Below are positions 53,200 through 63,474 of a stretch of 64,000 bases of DNA, in pieces. This DNA is from Haplodiscus bocki (taxonomy: Eukaryota). The translations under genes and the position numbers were made by a program. Position 1 is the first letter of the stretch, and each line of letters starts with the position of its first letter. The notes under the pieces were generated by a model. The model did no database searches and was not told the DNA's origin. It saw only the letters and a list, made by a program, of their open reading frames with translations. The stretch is from NCBI GenBank assembly GCA_965655095.1, contig OZ296658.1, positions 60,574,001 to 60,638,000 on the forward strand, in the 5' to 3' direction.

Positions 53200-56156
53200 T
53201 TAATTCCCAGCTGGCATTTCTGCTATCATACTGAAATCACTTCCTAGATTTTCTTGATGCATTTTTGATTTTCTACAATAAAACCAGCACGTTGCCTTTT
53301 TGCTTGCTCTTATGCTGGTTATAGTTAAATAACAGCCGAAATTTTTCAAAAAGTTGTATATTTTTGCACCAGATAATTATTAAACCTGAGAAAACAGAAT
53401 TCGTGTGAAATTGATTCTTCAGTAGTTTTGGTAGCACCTCTTCCCCATTCAAATAAAGATATAGTTGCTCAACCTGTTCACTGATGTGTCGTTGGTGCAG
53501 ATATTGCCAGGTTCAGCTTCGCTTTTCTGACTTAGTTGAGAAAAAATAGCTTTGACCTCCTATGTGCATGAGTTCCGATTAGAGTCCGTCTGATTTCACG
53601 ATCAAGCAAATTTTTTGTTGCCTGTTTCCAGTTTGTTAACTTAGACAGGCAAGTTTTATTTTTGCTTCACGGCGCAAGTTTCGATAACCGTACTCCACAA
53701 TGAGACGAACTGATTTCTTATCAAACAGTTTATGAGCTTTCATGCTGTTCGATTAATTCAGTTGGCCATGTTTTGCTGGCAACAAGAGCTTCATTCAGAG
53801 ATCTGCTATGATGATACTTACGATGGCAAAAGTCACTTCATTGTAATTTTCCGTGTATCTGTTCATTTTCAGAAGGCATCTGTCTCTCCGTTACAAACGT
53901 GCCTATGTTTTGTTCAAGCTTCCTCAAATTGTTGCTGAAAAATGATCAAGGAGCATATTATCTGAACTTTTGCTTGCTTTAATTATCTGACAGTAGGAGT
54001 CACTCCTGTAACTTTTTGCGCCTCTTTTTATATTTATTTTAAACCGGAAAACAGTTTTAAGATCTGAGTAATTGTTTAGTGGGTTGTTGTGGTAGAATCG
54101 TTTTCCCTTCAATATCATTGGAACTTGCTCGAAATGTTCACAAGAAAACCACTGGTGGAAATTTTGCCGAACTCAGCTTCAACTCTGCCTCCCAGCTGTG
54201 AACAAAAAAACTTGAAAGAGCTTTTCAGTGAGTGTGATTTCCATTTAGAATCCATTTGATATCTCGAGCAGGAAATCAATGGTCTGCTAGTTTGCAGTTG
54301 GTGAAGTTATAATCCCAGTATTGAATTTGGTTCCGACACACGCCACATTGTTTGCTGTTTCCCACTTTTAGTCACGCTGACTTTCATTGAAATGGTGTAT
54401 AGGCTTTGGTCTTGGTTGATCTTTCAGTGGGCCAGGTCACGCTCACAAGAAAAGCATCGCTTCGAGACTTGCTGTAGTTAACTTGCAGAGGCAAGTTTTG
54501 TATCGAACTCTTTGTTTTTTTTTCCATCCGTTCACAGCTGGCGATTGTGCTTCGTTACTAAAGTTGCCTAGATTTTCTTTATGCGTTCTCAATGTCTTAC
54601 CAAAAAACAATACCGTGGTCTCATTTTCAGCTTGCACGTTGATCTTAGAGATAAAACAACAGAATTGACCGCTATAGGTAATTGCGCAAATTAACAATAC
54701 AAATCAACACTTCAGTTAAGTGAACTTCTTCGTATTTTTTCAATCAGTGATTTTGGTGGTACAGTTTCACCTTCATTATCAGCAATACTCCACGAGATGT
54801 TCCCTATTGTTCCCGTGGCGCAAGTGATGCCAAGCTCGGCTTCGCTTCTGTGTCCTCGTTCTTGGTGAAGGTGAATTCGAGCTACATCTTTTGTTTGTCT
54901 GAGTTTCAGTTGGAGTCCATCCGATTTCTCCAGCGAGAAAACGTAGGTTGGTTGTTTTGAGTTAATTAAAATTTCTTTGCAAAACATTGTTCCGCTTCCT
55001 GACACGCTGCATTGATTGCTGCGAAGCGTTGCGATACAGAGAAGAGTTTTGTTTTATTTCTTCTGAGCGCTCTTGTGTTGCTTGCATGTTCATAATTGGT
55101 AAAAGTACGCCCCGAGATTTGCGCAATTACACCTGCTTGAGGGTAATCCATCACAGTCCTTTTGTATTTTTCCATTCGTTGACAGCTCGTCTTTGTGCTG
55201 TGATACTGAAGTTACTACCGAGTTCTTAGTTACTACCGAGTTCTTCCTCAAGCATTTTTTATCTCTTGCAATAAAATTCTCTTTTGGGCTAGTTGCAAGC
55301 TCTTATGCTAGTTTTTGTTAAATAACAGCCGAAATATTTCCAATACTTGTTATATTTTGCTGTAGATAGTTATTAAACCTGAACCAACAGAATTCGTGTC
55401 TGATTGATTCTTCAGTAGTTTTGGTAGTACTTCTTCGCACTTCAAAATAGGATATAGTTGAATATGTCCCTTGGTCTGTCGGTGGCGCAAGTAATGCCAA
55501 GCTCAGTTTCGCTTTTCTGTCTATGATGTGAGAAAAACATCGTTTGACCTACTGTGTGCAAAAGTTTCCATGAGAGTCCGTCTGATTTCTTGATTTGGCA
55601 AACTTAGGTCGTTCTTTTTCGGTTGGTTAGCCTATACAGGCAAATTTTACTTTTGCTTTCCGTTACAGTTTCGATAACTGTAATCCATTACAAGACAAAC
55701 TGATTTCTTTTAAAACAGGTTATACGACTTCATGCTGGTTGGTTGTTTCAGTTGGCAATATTTTTCTCACAAAAAGAGCTTCATTTGGAGATCCGCCAAG
55801 ATTACACTTACGGTGGCAATTGTCACGTCGTTTCATTTTTGCTTCTTGTTGTTTTTTCACAGTCCGCATTTCTTTCTACTTAAGAAACGTGCCTTGCCTT
55901 GATTCTAATCAAATCCCATCAACTTGTTGCATAAAATTAATCAAGGGGCGTTTTTTTCGAACATCCGGTTTTTTTCAATTGGTTGACGACAAAATTCGCT
56001 CCAGTAGTTTTCTTCACCTCTCAATATAATTGTTATCCACCGGAAAAATCTTTTAAGATCTGTGTAATTTTTTAGTAGTTGTTGTGGAAGAATCGTTTTC
56101 CCTTCAACATCATTGGGACTTGCTCAATATGTTCACCAGAAAACCACTGGTGCAAG
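53200..56156. repeat. Diverged layer of the array that still follows trimer order (end of B, then C, A, B, C)
   Basis: Anchors at 53502 (C), 54162 (A), 54825 (B) and 55492 (C). Collinear with the 2-kb unit but with far more substitutions and indels than any upstream copy. Confidence 0.9.
55210..55245. repeat. Perfect 18-bp tandem duplication (AGTTACTACCGAGTTCTT x2) inside a diverged B monomer
   Basis: Read directly from the sequence. The homologous site is single-copy in all upstream units. Confidence 0.92.
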
Positions 56157-59100
56157 TGTTGCCAAGCTCAACGTTGGCTCTGCGTCTCAGTTATGAGACA
56201 AAGCAAGTTTGAAGTAGCTTTCTAGTGCGCCTAATTTCCAAAAAGAACTGATTTGATATCTCGAGCGAGGAATTGTTTGTCCGCTGTTTTCATTTTGCGA
56301 AGCTAGACCTGTCAAATTGAGTTTTGCTTCAAGACATGCCTTAGTGGTTAATGTATTGAACTATAAGGAAAACAGTTGTCTTTTGAAATTGTTCATACGC
56401 TTTTTTCTTGTTTGGTTCTCTCAATGCTCCAGGTTATGCTCACTCTAAAGAGCTTTGGTTCGAGACTTGTATTAGTTCAGTTGCAGAAGCAAGTGTTTTA
56501 TCTTACTATTTTTTCGTTTTTTTTTCATCCGTTCACAGCTCAAACTTTTGTCTAGATATTTAAGATGCATTTTCCTAGACTTATCTCATGCGTTCAGGAT
56601 TACTCCCGAAAAACTGATCCCATGGCCTATTAGCCAGCCTGGAAACTTGTTTCTTTTAAAAAACAATAGAAATTACTCCTACAGCTGGTTTTGCTGCATA
56701 ATCCTACTCAAATCCACGTGAGATTATTCAACTTCCGTGCATCAGTTTACCCAGTAAAAATGCTGGTAGCGTTCTTTTTCAATGTCAAATTAACTTGCTT
56801 GCTTCGTTCACCAGTGTTCCGTTGATAGCAGACTTGCCAAGCTCAGCATCACCTATGTGTCTCATTTGTGAGGCAAAGTAAACTTGAAGTAGTTTGCTAG
56901 TGTGGGTGATTTCCATTTCGATTGCATTTGATTTCTCGAGCAGGAAACTAGTGGTCCGCTAGTTTCCAGTTGTAGAATTTATACTCGCAGTAATAAATTT
57001 AGCTTCCGCATACGCCATTTTGGTTGCTGTAATCCATTATAAAGCACACGGACTTCCTTTGAAATGGTTTATAATCTTAAGTCTTGGTTGGTCCCTCCAG
57101 TGGGCCGGGTTCTGCTTGCAAAAAAAAGCTTCGCTTCGAGTTTTGCTGTAGTTCATTTGCCGATGCAATTGTTATCTCGTGCTTTTTTTCGTTTTTTCCA
57201 TCCATTCACAGCCTAAATTTGTTCCTGCATATTAAAAGTGCCAAGACTTTGTTCATGCGTTCACGATAATTTCCTAAAAATTGATCCCGTGGCTATTAGC
57301 TATTTTAGTTGAATACCACTAGAATTATCTCCTAAAGTTTTCTCCAGTCGAGAATTGTAGGTAAACGCATCTGAGATAATTAAACAGACGAGCATTTGTT
57401 TGATCAGTAGTTTAGCTGGTAGTGTTTCCTTTTCAAAGTCCATTATATTTGCTAGTTAAGTTCACTAATGTTCCGTTGGCTGCACTCTTGTAAAAATCAG
57501 TCCCGCCTCTCTGTTTTTGTTTTGGTTAAAGGTTTATTTGAGCTACCTCATTTGTGTGTGGGTGAGTTCTAATTGGAGTCCACTTGATGTCTCGAGCAAG
57601 GAATTTTTGGTTAGATGTTTTCAGTTGGTCAGGTTCTTTTGCAATAGGAAGTTCTGCTTCCAGACACGTTGTATTGGTTGCTGCGATGCGTTGCAAGACA
57701 GAAAAAGTTTTTCGCTTCTTTCCTGCGCTGTTGTTTTGGTTGGCAGTTCAGAATGGCCTGAATACGCTTTAGATTGGACGCTTTGTTCCGAGACATGCTA
57801 CAAAGACACTTGTGCGAGGAAAACTCCATCACATTTTTTTCCATCCGTTCACAGCTAATATTTAGGCCCTCATACTAAATTTGTTTCAATTCCGTTGATG
57901 CGCTTTTAGTTTTTTGCAGGAAAAAGATCGCTTGGCCTAGTGCCACTCGCATGCTAGTTTTGGTTATTTATCGATTACAAAAACTCCAATGGTTGTAGAA
58001 ATTCCTTCCATATAATTTCTAGAATCAGGACAACAGAACTTCTGTCAAATTGACCACTCGGTATTTTGGTAGTACTTTCCCTCCTTAATGTCAGTTATAG
58101 CTGCTCGATATGTTCATTGCTTTTTTGTTAGTTCAGGTTGTCTCCAGTTCAGCTTCGCGTCTGTGGCTCAGTTTTGAGTAAAGCTAAATTGGACTACCAC
58201 GTTTGCGTGCTTGGTTTTCGATTAGAGTTCATTTGATGTCTCGATACCGCAAATGGTGGTAGTTTGTTTTCAGGTGGTTAGTTTGGAGAACCAAGGTTTG
58301 GCTTTGTTTCTCCAAACGCTATTTTGATAACAGTAATGCACTCTGTGACAGACTGACTCCGTTTCAAACAGTTCTTACGCTTTCATTGTGGTTGGCCTTG
58401 TTTTGCTTCAAATTAGAGCTTCAAGTCAAGACCTTTTATGATTAAATTTCCGGAGGCAAATGTCAAGTCATACTGTTTTCCCTTTTTCCGTTAAAATTAC
58501 AGTTTGCTCTTGTGCCTGGATAAAAAGTTAGGCCTAGATTTTCATTGAAGCCCCTCACTTTGTTGCAGGAAATTGATCGAAAGCATGTTTTTTTAGACTC
58601 TTGGTTCCCTTTAATTGAATTACAATAGAAGTCAGTACTGTATTTTATTGTCCCTGTTTGTATAACATATAACAACAAAGTTAAATTATTTCCTCTGTCT
58701 TTGTTTGGTTTGTTGTTTTTGTAAAACCACTTTTCCTTTAAAATCAGTTGACTTTGCTGGATATCATCTCAAAATTTCCGTAGGCGCAAGTGTTGCAACG
58801 CTTATTTCGGCGTCCCTGTCTTGATTGCGAAACAAAATAAAAATGAAGTAGTTTGTCGGTGTGCATCATTTCCAATAGAAATTTGTTTGATATCTCGAAC
58901 GAGGAACTGTTGGTTCGCTGTTTCCAGTTGGTGAAGTTGGACTTGCAAACTTGAATTTGGTTTCAAGAGATCAAGACATGCCATATTTGTTTCTCGAATC
59001 CACTTTGAGACGAACTGATTTCATTTAAAATGTTTCATATGCTTTTGTCTTGGTTGGTTTTCTCAATGCTCCAGGTTATGCTCACACTAAACAACTTCGG

Positions 59101-59464
59101 ATCGAGACTTACTGTAGTTCAGCTGCGGAAGTAAATATTTCAGCATAGTCCGATTTCTCTTTTTCCTAGTCCTTTTAGGCTCGTGATCCCGCCTAATTAC
59201 TGAAAAATGCGTAGATTTTTTCATGCAGCTTCAATTTGTTGCAAAAAAATCAACCAAGTGGCTTTTTTTCAGTCCCATTGGTTGATTTAAAAACAGATGA
59301 AGCAAATTAACTCCCTTAGACGTTTCCGCTGGAAAACTCAACAGTTGAAAACCTGAGTTACATGAATTTTTGTTCTTTGTTGGATCAGTGGTTTGGTAGC
59401 TCCGTTTCCTTTCCGAAACTAGCATCCCTCATCGTTTTACTCACCGATGTTGTGTTCGTTCAAA
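56157..59464. repeat. Older layer with monomer order D-A-B-C-D (relic of a ~2.64-kb tetrameric period)
   Basis: Anchors at 56157 (D), 56832 (A), 57486 (B), ~58138 (C) and 58791 (D). The two D monomers share an exact 25-mer, TCTCAATGCTCCAGGTTATGCTCAC (56419-56443 = 59061-59085), and TCAAGACATGCC. I did not see either in the homogeneous array. Confidence 0.75.
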
Positions 59465-60790
59465 TGTTGCCAGGCGCAGCCTCGTCTCTGTGTCTTATTT
59501 GTAGACATGGTCAATTTGAAGTACGGCGTTTGTGTGGCTAACTTCCAATGAGGTCCCAATTGATGTCTTCGGTGACAAAATCTTGGTTGGTTGTTTTCAG
59601 TTGGTCATGCTAAGCTGGAATTTTTCAGTTTAGCTTCCAGGCACGCTTCTTTGATTGCTGTAATCAACGATGAGAAAAAGTGATTTCATTCCGAAACATT
59701 TATAAGCTTCTTTGTTGAAGTTTTTTTTTCTACGTTGGCCAGGTTTTCATCGCAAACACGAGCTTTGCAGACAGACTTGCTTTAGTTACAAATGCAAAAG
59801 CAATTGGTGTAACGTTTGGATTTTTCGCTTTTGTCCATTTGTGTACACCCGCCGTTTTTGCCTACAAAACAAAAAGCCTCATTTTGTTGAAAACAGGTGA
59901 TTTGCGGCCAGTGTTTTACTTTTTTTGCTGGTTTCATTTAAAAAGTAGCAAATGTCACTCCTGTACTATTGTGCGCCCGTTGTCATAACATATATACACT
60001 CCTCAATTTATATAAATCTTGAGTATTTGCTCCAAAAGTTGCGTTAGTTGCATTTCTTTCAAAAATAGTTTAAATTGCTCCAAATGTTCAAAAGTAGTCC
60101 ACTGGCGCAAGTATTGCTACGCTCAGCTTCGCCTCTGTTTTTTGTGCGCGAGGCACACTGAATCTGAATTAGGTTCTGAGCGTGCCTGATTTCCAAAGAG
60201 CGTCCACTTGATAGTTCGAGATAGAAGTTGTTGATTCGGTTTTTCCAGTTAGTGAAATTAGGCTGGCAAAGCTGATATTCGATTTCCAGATACGCCATAT
60301 TGATTGCTGTAATATACTATGAGAAGAACTGACTTCAATCCAATAGAATTTCACACGTTTTTCAGGTGGTTCTTTCGGTTTGCCAGATTAGGCTCACATC
60401 AAAGAGCGTCTCATCGGGATTGCTGTAGTTGTACTTGCGAAGGCAAGTGTTGTATCATACTCTTTTTTCTTTTTGCGATCGTTCACAGCTTACATTTGTG
60501 CCTACATACTAGAATTGCGTAGACTTTTGTTATGCGTTCTCGATAACATCCAAAAAACTGATCTCACAGCAGCCTACTTTCCAGCCTGGAGAGTTCAATT
60601 AGTCAAGTAACACAAAACTCAACCCTTTTTGTTATTTTCGTTCGCTACTTTCACATATATACACCTCAGTAAATTGACCTTCAGTGCAGTTGTATAAACA
60701 GTAGTTTTGGTGTTACAATTTCCACTTCAAAATTTCAAAGAAGTATCAGTTTCGAGAGCACTGGCAGTTGTGTTGTTGCAACTGAATTTC
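59465..60790. repeat. Terminal, highly diverged monomers and the right end of the array
   Basis: Anchors at 59465 (TGTTGCCAGGCGCAGC) and 60112 (TATTGCTACGCTCAGCTTCGCCTCTG) have mixed A/B/D features. The last clear satellite block is CAGTAGTTTTGGT at ~60700, and similarity is lost by ~60790. The end point is approximate. Confidence 0.8.
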
Positions 60791-61476
60791 TGTGAAGAGC
60801 GCCGTGGGTAGGAAGCTGCATTTTTTTCGATTTCTCGCGGAACTTATTGGTTCAGAGATAGGACCCATGGTTGTTCTTGATCTCATCCATTGGCAGAAGT
60901 AAAAGGAAGACGGATGGCTTTGTTTAACCTTCAAGAGAAAGTAATAATTTTAGAATCCACTTTCCGCTGATTCAGTTTCAAATGGACAAAGTAAATTTCA
61001 CTGAAGACCATCCCGATTATTGTCACTTCAGTTTACTTCCATTGACTGTTAAACCAAAAATACAAGGTCAATTTAGGATACAGTGGGAATGAGTCCGGAC
61101 TAATTGTTCATGAAAAGTACATCTTGCAGTATTGAAAATTGTCAGACGATGATTGCAATCTAAACTTTACGGCATCTGACTGATTTGGAAGGGAGTTTCC
61201 GGCTTCGGGGAAGGTGAATTTATTGCTTCGATTTTCAAACTGTTAAATTGTTGGATCATTTAATATTTTTGAACACATTTCCTTGGTTATACCATACATT
61301 GAAAGACACTTAGAAACGGAAGAACTTTTTTATTTTCCTTTGAGGCGAATAACATAATTTTTTCAACTTAAGAAAACACAATAGAATTTTATAATTTCAA
61401 ATTGATCAGAAGAGTTTTCATCGTTTCATAGATGGGACTCTCGACGCCTACAGTTCGGCTAAATTAGCTAAGCGTA

Positions 61477-62319
61477 TCAAATTCTCGATCGCGGCGGAAA
61501 TGCATGAACTTGAAGGCAAAGCAAATGCTGCCGGATGACTGAATAAAAACAGAAGTCATGAGAGTTGTCATTAAAGTCATCCGGAACATAGAAGTCTTGA
61601 GCGGCATTGGGAAAGAAGTGGAAGAAGTGGCTTGAAGAACAGTGAGTCCTGGTTCGGGTAACAACTAAAAGAATTCTTGTAGTTCTGACGAAGCTGGAAC
61701 GAGTTAGACTTTTGCATCTGCTTGAGTTTTCATTCGTCAGAAGATAAACCATCAAGCAAAGAGAAATCACCATCTTGAAAAGTTCAGGGGATCCATTGAC
61801 AATCCCAAAATTGTAGATTTTGAGTTTCATCTGATTTTCGGGCACTATTGCTCTGTGATGATTTGAGGAGAGTAAGTTGTTGAGTTGATTGACTGAAATG
61901 TAACGAGACAAGAAAAATTCCCGGATTTGGTTCTTTTCAAAAAACAGGTAATTCTGTTGTTTGTTCCGCTTTTGCTTTTCCAGCAAACCATGATTGGTGA
62001 CAGAAGAATGAATTTGTCACTCTGAAAAATTAGCATTTCTCTGATACACTGTTTTCTGACTTTTTTTGCATGAAGATATGGGAGTGTCGAAAGCTAGAGT
62101 TGGAAATATTAACGTGGAGATATATCCGAAACGGTTCAACCAGGCTTCAAAAAACGTGTGCCGATATAGGTAACTGTTTAGTTTCAATGGAGGTGGACAA
62201 TTGATGAAGATTGGGTTTTTGAAGCCAGTGCGTGGCAAAAAAATACAAAGAAGGCGAATTTTATGATGATTTACGACTGGGTTATGTGCGTGAGGAAGTG
62301 AAGATTGTTTATGTTTTTG
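61477..62319 (-). pseudogene. Possible decayed coding frame (~281 codons with one internal TGA), product unknown
   Basis: ORFs 62017-62238 and 61477-61986 are in the same frame, joined by TGA plus QIHSSVTNHG, and the frame stays open upstream to 62319. There is only a faint resemblance to retroelement integrase cores (FFEAWLNRFG; NHGLLEKQKR). It could be a chance or antisense shadow frame. Confidence 0.15.
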
Positions 62320-63430
62320 TTAAGGTTGCAATTGTGATGGAGTTCTCTAACTTCTGAAGAAGGACCTGAAATGAAAAGGCAAAACGTTACACCGATCAAC
62401 ATGTGCTCTTGTTGCGTGGAAAGGAAAGTCGAGAAACAGAAGAAGTCACTTTCGCGGTTATTACTGTGCCAAGAGACACTCTAGAAGATAACTTGAACGA
62501 GATTTGTTGTTTGAAGTTGAACATGGTAATCGAATGCAAAGTTTTTGAAATTTGATCCAGCAAAAACCAAAGTACTAGAGTTTGCTGTTTACAGATTAAC
62601 CGCCATGAGATGGACCATAGAACTATATCTCAGAAAATTTATTTATGTCGGGTTCAGAGTTGAGCAAGGTGGATAGAAATTTACAAAGGGTCAGTTTTTA
62701 ATTTCCAAGCTAATAAAAAACTCATTATGAAATAGTTTTGAAACGGAAGCCTATATTTTCTGCTGGCCATTATAAGAACATTATTTTTTGAGGAAAATAG
62801 GTAGTAAAATTTTGAGTGTCAACATCTTCAGAGAGGTGGAGTGTCAATTTCAGTGATATTAATTTGGAATGTGAGTGGCAGGTTCGATTATTTTTCGAGA
62901 GAGAATACAAAAAAGTGTTCAAAAAAATTTACGAGGTAGAACTTCACCGAACAAATCAAGAAAGTCAAGTTGGTTTTGATAGAGATCTTTGGATTTCGTA
63001 TCAGCTCTTGGATGTCACCGGTGAAACTTATGGAAACTCGAACTTGAGATTAAGCCGATTAAAGACGTATTGCAATTTTCCCAATTAGGAAACATTTCTA
63101 TTAATTTTAGATTGACTGGAAGAGAGCTACAACTTCATGCTCGAGAATTAACAGTAAATAATCAACTTACAGAATAAACAGTAATTGTTGAGATTTTTTA
63201 AAAAACTGCGCGAGCAAAGGTTACCGTGAGTTTCTTTTCTGTACCGAAGAGGATCATGAAGGCGCTATTGATTTTGTGACTTTTGAAAAAAACTTTCCGT
63301 TGAACCCAACTCTTAGTATTTATACGGTGATGGACTATCTCCACGTTTCCTGCTGAATAAAAGATGAAGGCTAATCAATTAGGATTTCCGTATCAATATG
63401 GAAAGAATTTAGGAGTTTTTGCCGGAAGGC

Positions 63431-63474
63431 GAAAAAAGTTGTACTTTTTTCATACCAAAAGTTGTACTTTTTTG
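63431..63474. repeat. Two direct copies of AAAAGTTGTACTTTTTT, each with dyad symmetry
   Basis: GAAAAAAGT-TGT-ACTTTTTTC (63431-63451) is a 9-bp inverted repeat with a 3-nt spacer. A second copy, CAAAAGTTGTACTTTTTTG, lies at 63456-63474. Confidence 0.7.

Larger units (their letters stand above)
1..53200. repeat. Homogeneous tandem satellite array, ~27 copies of a ~2.0-kb higher-order repeat unit (truncated by the left window edge)
   Basis: The same landmark (TTGAGTAAACTTTTG, the 'MSKLLFV' ORF start) recurs at 800, 2786, 4774, 6767, 8761, 10754, 12745, 14733, 16735, 18731, 20730, 22728, 24726, ~26728, 28732, 30730, 32730, 34728, 36725, 38725, 40722, 42723, 44728, 46731, 48733, 50728 and 52725. 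Spacings are 1,986-2,005 bp, all in the same orientation, with no insertions. Copies differ by substitutions and short, mostly homopolymer, indels. Confidence 0.98.

Noticed and set aside
1-53200. Coding under an alternative genetic code (TAA/TAG as Gln, or TGA readthrough)
   Set aside because: Unit lengths are not consistently multiples of three, and 1-2-bp indels between copies would shift any frame regardless of stop reassignment.
804-53938. Recurrent 60-140-aa ORFs (MSKLLFVCEICKFD..., MCPSSDEKPTHF..., etc.) read as a tandem gene family
   Set aside because: They overlap in several frames and most start at TTG or GTG. They are broken by copy-specific stops and 1-bp homopolymer indels, and their F/L/C/S-rich composition simply mirrors the T-rich strand. 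I recognise no domain.
55032-55045. CGATACAGAGAAGA matches the U6 snRNA ACAGAGA box region
   Set aside because: The flanks lack the rest of U6 (no TTAGCATGGCCCCTG), and homologous positions in other copies vary freely (ACAGAGGAG, ACAAAGGAG, GCAGAGAAG). This is a chance match.
1-60790. rDNA, 5S, tRNA, histone or snRNA gene array as the explanation of the 2-kb unit
   Set aside because: I found no 5S, 18S, 28S, U1 or U2 signature, no tRNA cloverleaf and no histone ORF on either strand. An Infernal/Rfam scan would be the decisive test for a divergent RNA.
1-60790. CRISPR array or prokaryotic repeat system
   Set aside because: There are no short identical repeats separated by unique spacers and no cas or other bacterial-type genes. 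The whole unit is repeated.
62816-63088. 90-aa ORF with ISYQLLDVTGE, loosely like the Polinton/Maverick integrase C-terminal TY.L.D..GE motif
   Set aside because: It is a single short motif; the expected following G.FY..EL and the upstream core are absent.
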